Part shown: positions 61,089-64,000 of the stretch, in pieces
How positions within the stretch are numbered: the stretch's first letter is position 1
How the letters are laid out: every line of letters begins with the position of its first letter
From: Eledone cirrhosa
Taxonomy: Eukaryota
NCBI GenBank assembly: GCA_964016885.1
Contig: OZ024741.1
Coordinates: forward strand, 407,960,001-408,024,000
Length of the DNA stretch: 64,000 nucleotides
Direction of reading: 5' to 3'
The notes under the pieces: model-generated
Database searches by the model: none
What the model saw: the letters and a program-made list of their open reading frames with translations, nothing else
What the model was told of the DNA's origin: nothing
Program-made: the position numbers and the translations under genes

Positions 61089-62090
61089 TTGTATTTGGTT
61101 TGTAAGAGTATAGGTGTGCAATTGTGAGCTGAAACAGTCATGTGCTGGGATAATCAAACTGCCAATAAGACAAATCAAAAAGGAATGATCGAAGTGTTCT
61201 TTCCTAACACATCGATCGTTCGTTTTTGTTTTCAACAGTTTTCGATTCACATTTGAAAAGCGGGTTATAATCTCGGAGTATCAGGTTGAGATATACTGGG
61301 TAAAAACATTGGATAAGGCACTTAGACCAGTTAGGGAAGAACACATCGATCCTTCGTTTTTACTTTAAACCGTTCTCGTTTAACATTTGAAAAGAGGGTA
61401 TTAAAAGATGGTTACAACCTTGAAATGTCATGTTGAAATATACTGGGGGAAACATTTCTGTTTTATAAAACTTTACCTTTTCTCACATCAAAACATTGAT
61501 ATATTATCATGTTCCATACTTTTTTTCTGGCTATATTTTAAACAATAAGGTGCAGTGACATTTAGAATGATAGCGTGATCATGTCAAATTGAAACCTAGC
61601 ACAATAAGTAGAAATGAAAACAATATTTGATTTTTAAACAAAACCTCATATTTACTTTTTCATTCTAAATATTTCACCTAATTGATTTTAAAGCATAGCA
61701 GTTATACAATAACGACCGCTGAAACTTATTTGTTTAAAACATTATACAAATCAAATATAAACAGATTCAACGGTAATAAAAACATTAACAATTTTGATAT
61801 CAAGAACAAATATACAAAGTATTTACTCTGTTAGATCGAACAAGCTGGTAAATCTGTGGGGAGAAATGAATAATACAGACCAGCATGCCATACGCAAACA
61901 TGCACACAACATTGTATATTAATGTGGCATATGTAAATTTGAAAGTAATTTGAAAAAAAATTACAATTTATAATGTAATTATATCGGTTTTTTAACAATC
62001 TGATGCCATCTCTAACATACGAATGCTACTTCTAATTTGATGTAAAAAATAAATATCATGGATTATGACATTTTACACTGCAGTGATTCA

Positions 62091-63630
62091 TAATTGTTTC
62101 TACTTTTGGCACAAGGCCAGCAATTACTCCAGTATATTACTGGTACTTTATTTTATCGACCCCGTAAGGATGAAAGGCAAAGTTAACCTCAGATTTGAAC
62201 TCAGATCACAAAAGGCCGTAACTCTATGCTACAAAGCATGGCGTCCGACCGTCTACCGATACTGCCAATCCACCAAACTGTAGTGATGAATTATGGCCCT
62301 TTACGTTCTGATTTCAAATCCCGCCATGGTTAACTTTGCCTTTCATCATTATGAGGTCCATAAAATAAAGTACCAGTAAGGCACTGGGGTCGATCTCATC
62401 GACTTCCCCCTCCCCAAAAATTGCTGGCCTTGTACTTATAGTAGAAATTATTATGAATTATGACATTTTATGAAATAAACTGTAGTGATTCGCCTTAAGA
62501 ATGGAAAGATCAAGGAGGAATGTGGATTCCAAGTGACCTTCCCACAAACATAATTCTTATACATGAGGGCGGTGGATGGTCAGAATCGGTAGAGCTTCGG
62601 ACACAATATTTAGCAGCATTTAGCTACGGCTGTTAGGTTCTGAGTTCAAATCCCGCCGAGGTCAACTTTGCCTTTCATCCTTACGGGGTCGATAAAATAT
62701 AGTACCAGTAATACACTGAAGAAGAAGAAGAAGAAGAAGAAGAAGAAGAAGAAGAAGAAGAAGAAGAAGAATTTATTTATATCCGTTTTACACACAATCT
62801 GATGCCGTCTCTAACATAAGAATGCTACTTCTAATTTTATGTAAAAAATAAATAAAGATATTATGACGTCAATGTATCATGTGAAATAAACTGCTGTGAT
62901 TCAACTTAGGAATGGAAAGAACAGCAGATTTCTGACTTAGAAGGATAGAAAGGAATAAGATATAGAGGAAACATCTACACAGTTCTTGACTAGTAATTTT
63001 TTTATTGACCTCGAAAGGATGAAAGACAAATTCGACCTCGGCGGGATTATAACTCAGAAATAAGAGAACCGGAATAACACAAAGAATTCTATTCTACTTT
63101 CTAATGCTTCGTTGCATGGGAAAATAATCATCATCTAAGTCTTGTAGGGGCACAGCAGACATAAGGCATTTGTAGGGTATTTGTAGGGTATATAAGGCAT
63201 TTGTAGGGTATTTTTGAACCTGGTGCGGTTCATCTCCTCGCCAGGTCTGAATATAGTAGATTTCTTCCGGAGAATGATAAAGAGTGAGAGAATGGAAGTG
63301 AGATAGAGATACAGAGGAAGAATTGACCACAGTACTAGACTGGTTACTGTTTTACTGACTTCGAAAGGATGAAAAGCAAAGTTGATCTCGGTTTGCTTTG
63401 AACTGAGAGAAGAGAGAGCCGTAACGAATAATACAAAGCATTATATTCGGCAGTGGACTGGTAAAGGGTCGGATGCCGTGCTTTGCAGCATAGAGTTACG
63501 GCCATTTACGTCCTGAGATCATATCCCACCGAAGTTAACTTTGTCTTTCATCTTTAGGTGGTCGATAAAATAAAGTACCAGTAATGTACTGGTATAATTG
63601 CTGGCCTTGTGCCAAAAGTAGACACAATTA
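62091..63630. mobile_element. Cluster of six SINE copies in both orientations plus (GAA)n
   Basis: Copies at about 62091-62272 (-), 62295-62450 (+), 62568-62718 (+), 62980-63080 (-), 63320-63430 (-) and 63453-63630 (+); (GAA)n at 62718-62771. Confidence 0.85.
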
Positions 63631-64000
63631 TATTCACCGCCTCTGTCTCTATTAGAAATTTGGGAAAGCATGTTTTTTTACTAAAACTATATTTGTCTCT
63701 ATTATAAATCATTATTTTATATGCATAACATTCCAAAAGTATTTTCTTAATCTTTTCTATCTGTATTGCCAATCCACAGCCCCAGTATTGTAAAATAAGA
63801 AGAAATTATTGCGGGTAAAATGTTACAAAGTGGTCGAGAGTGAGAGTGTCTCTGTGTGTAACAAATGGAATACGAATGGTTTTGTGTGATGGAAGATCCT
63901 CCTAAAATTGAAGCAGCCTCAGAGTTAAAATTTATCAAGCGCATCAGATTTTCACGGACCCCTCGAAACGATGTACCTGGATAATGGACTTCACTCACAT

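Noticed and set aside
63747-64000. 83-aa minus ORF, GTGAGT donor-like site, and faint integrase-like YLDNG on the + strand
   Set aside because: Too short and cut by the window edge; no consistent frame or motif set.

Overview
Eukaryotic, gene-poor, repeat-rich DNA. The dense tRNA-derived SINEs resemble octopus families, so an octopod cephalopod is likely (inference). Bases 1-28490 are one array of about 1050 copies of a 27-bp unit (GGTGGTAGTGTTGGTACTGGTGGTGTT), already running at the left edge. Most ORF-track entries there (poly-Val, PTLPP) are frame artefacts. However, the + strand Gly frame (GGSVGTGGV)n runs in frame into a unique Asp/Tyr-rich tail ending in TGA at 28604-28606, which the track missed. 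This could be the 3' end of a giant Gly-rich structural protein gene, but a non-coding satellite is not excluded. Bases 28.6-64 kb are a transposon graveyard. They contain an internally deleted Helitron with a 46-bp minisatellite, a near full-length RTE LINE, and a near-intact Penelope-like element (PLE) with pLTRs. They also contain further PLE and CRE-type fragments, a pogo-type MITE, many SINEs and microsatellites. At least five minimal hammerhead ribozymes can be folded by eye. In the large PLE, a junction falls exactly at the predicted hammerhead cleavage site, and a U_UUU_UUA heptamer links an upstream ORF to the RT frame by -1 slippage. No ordinary host gene could be supported. All calls are by eye; many boundaries are approximate.
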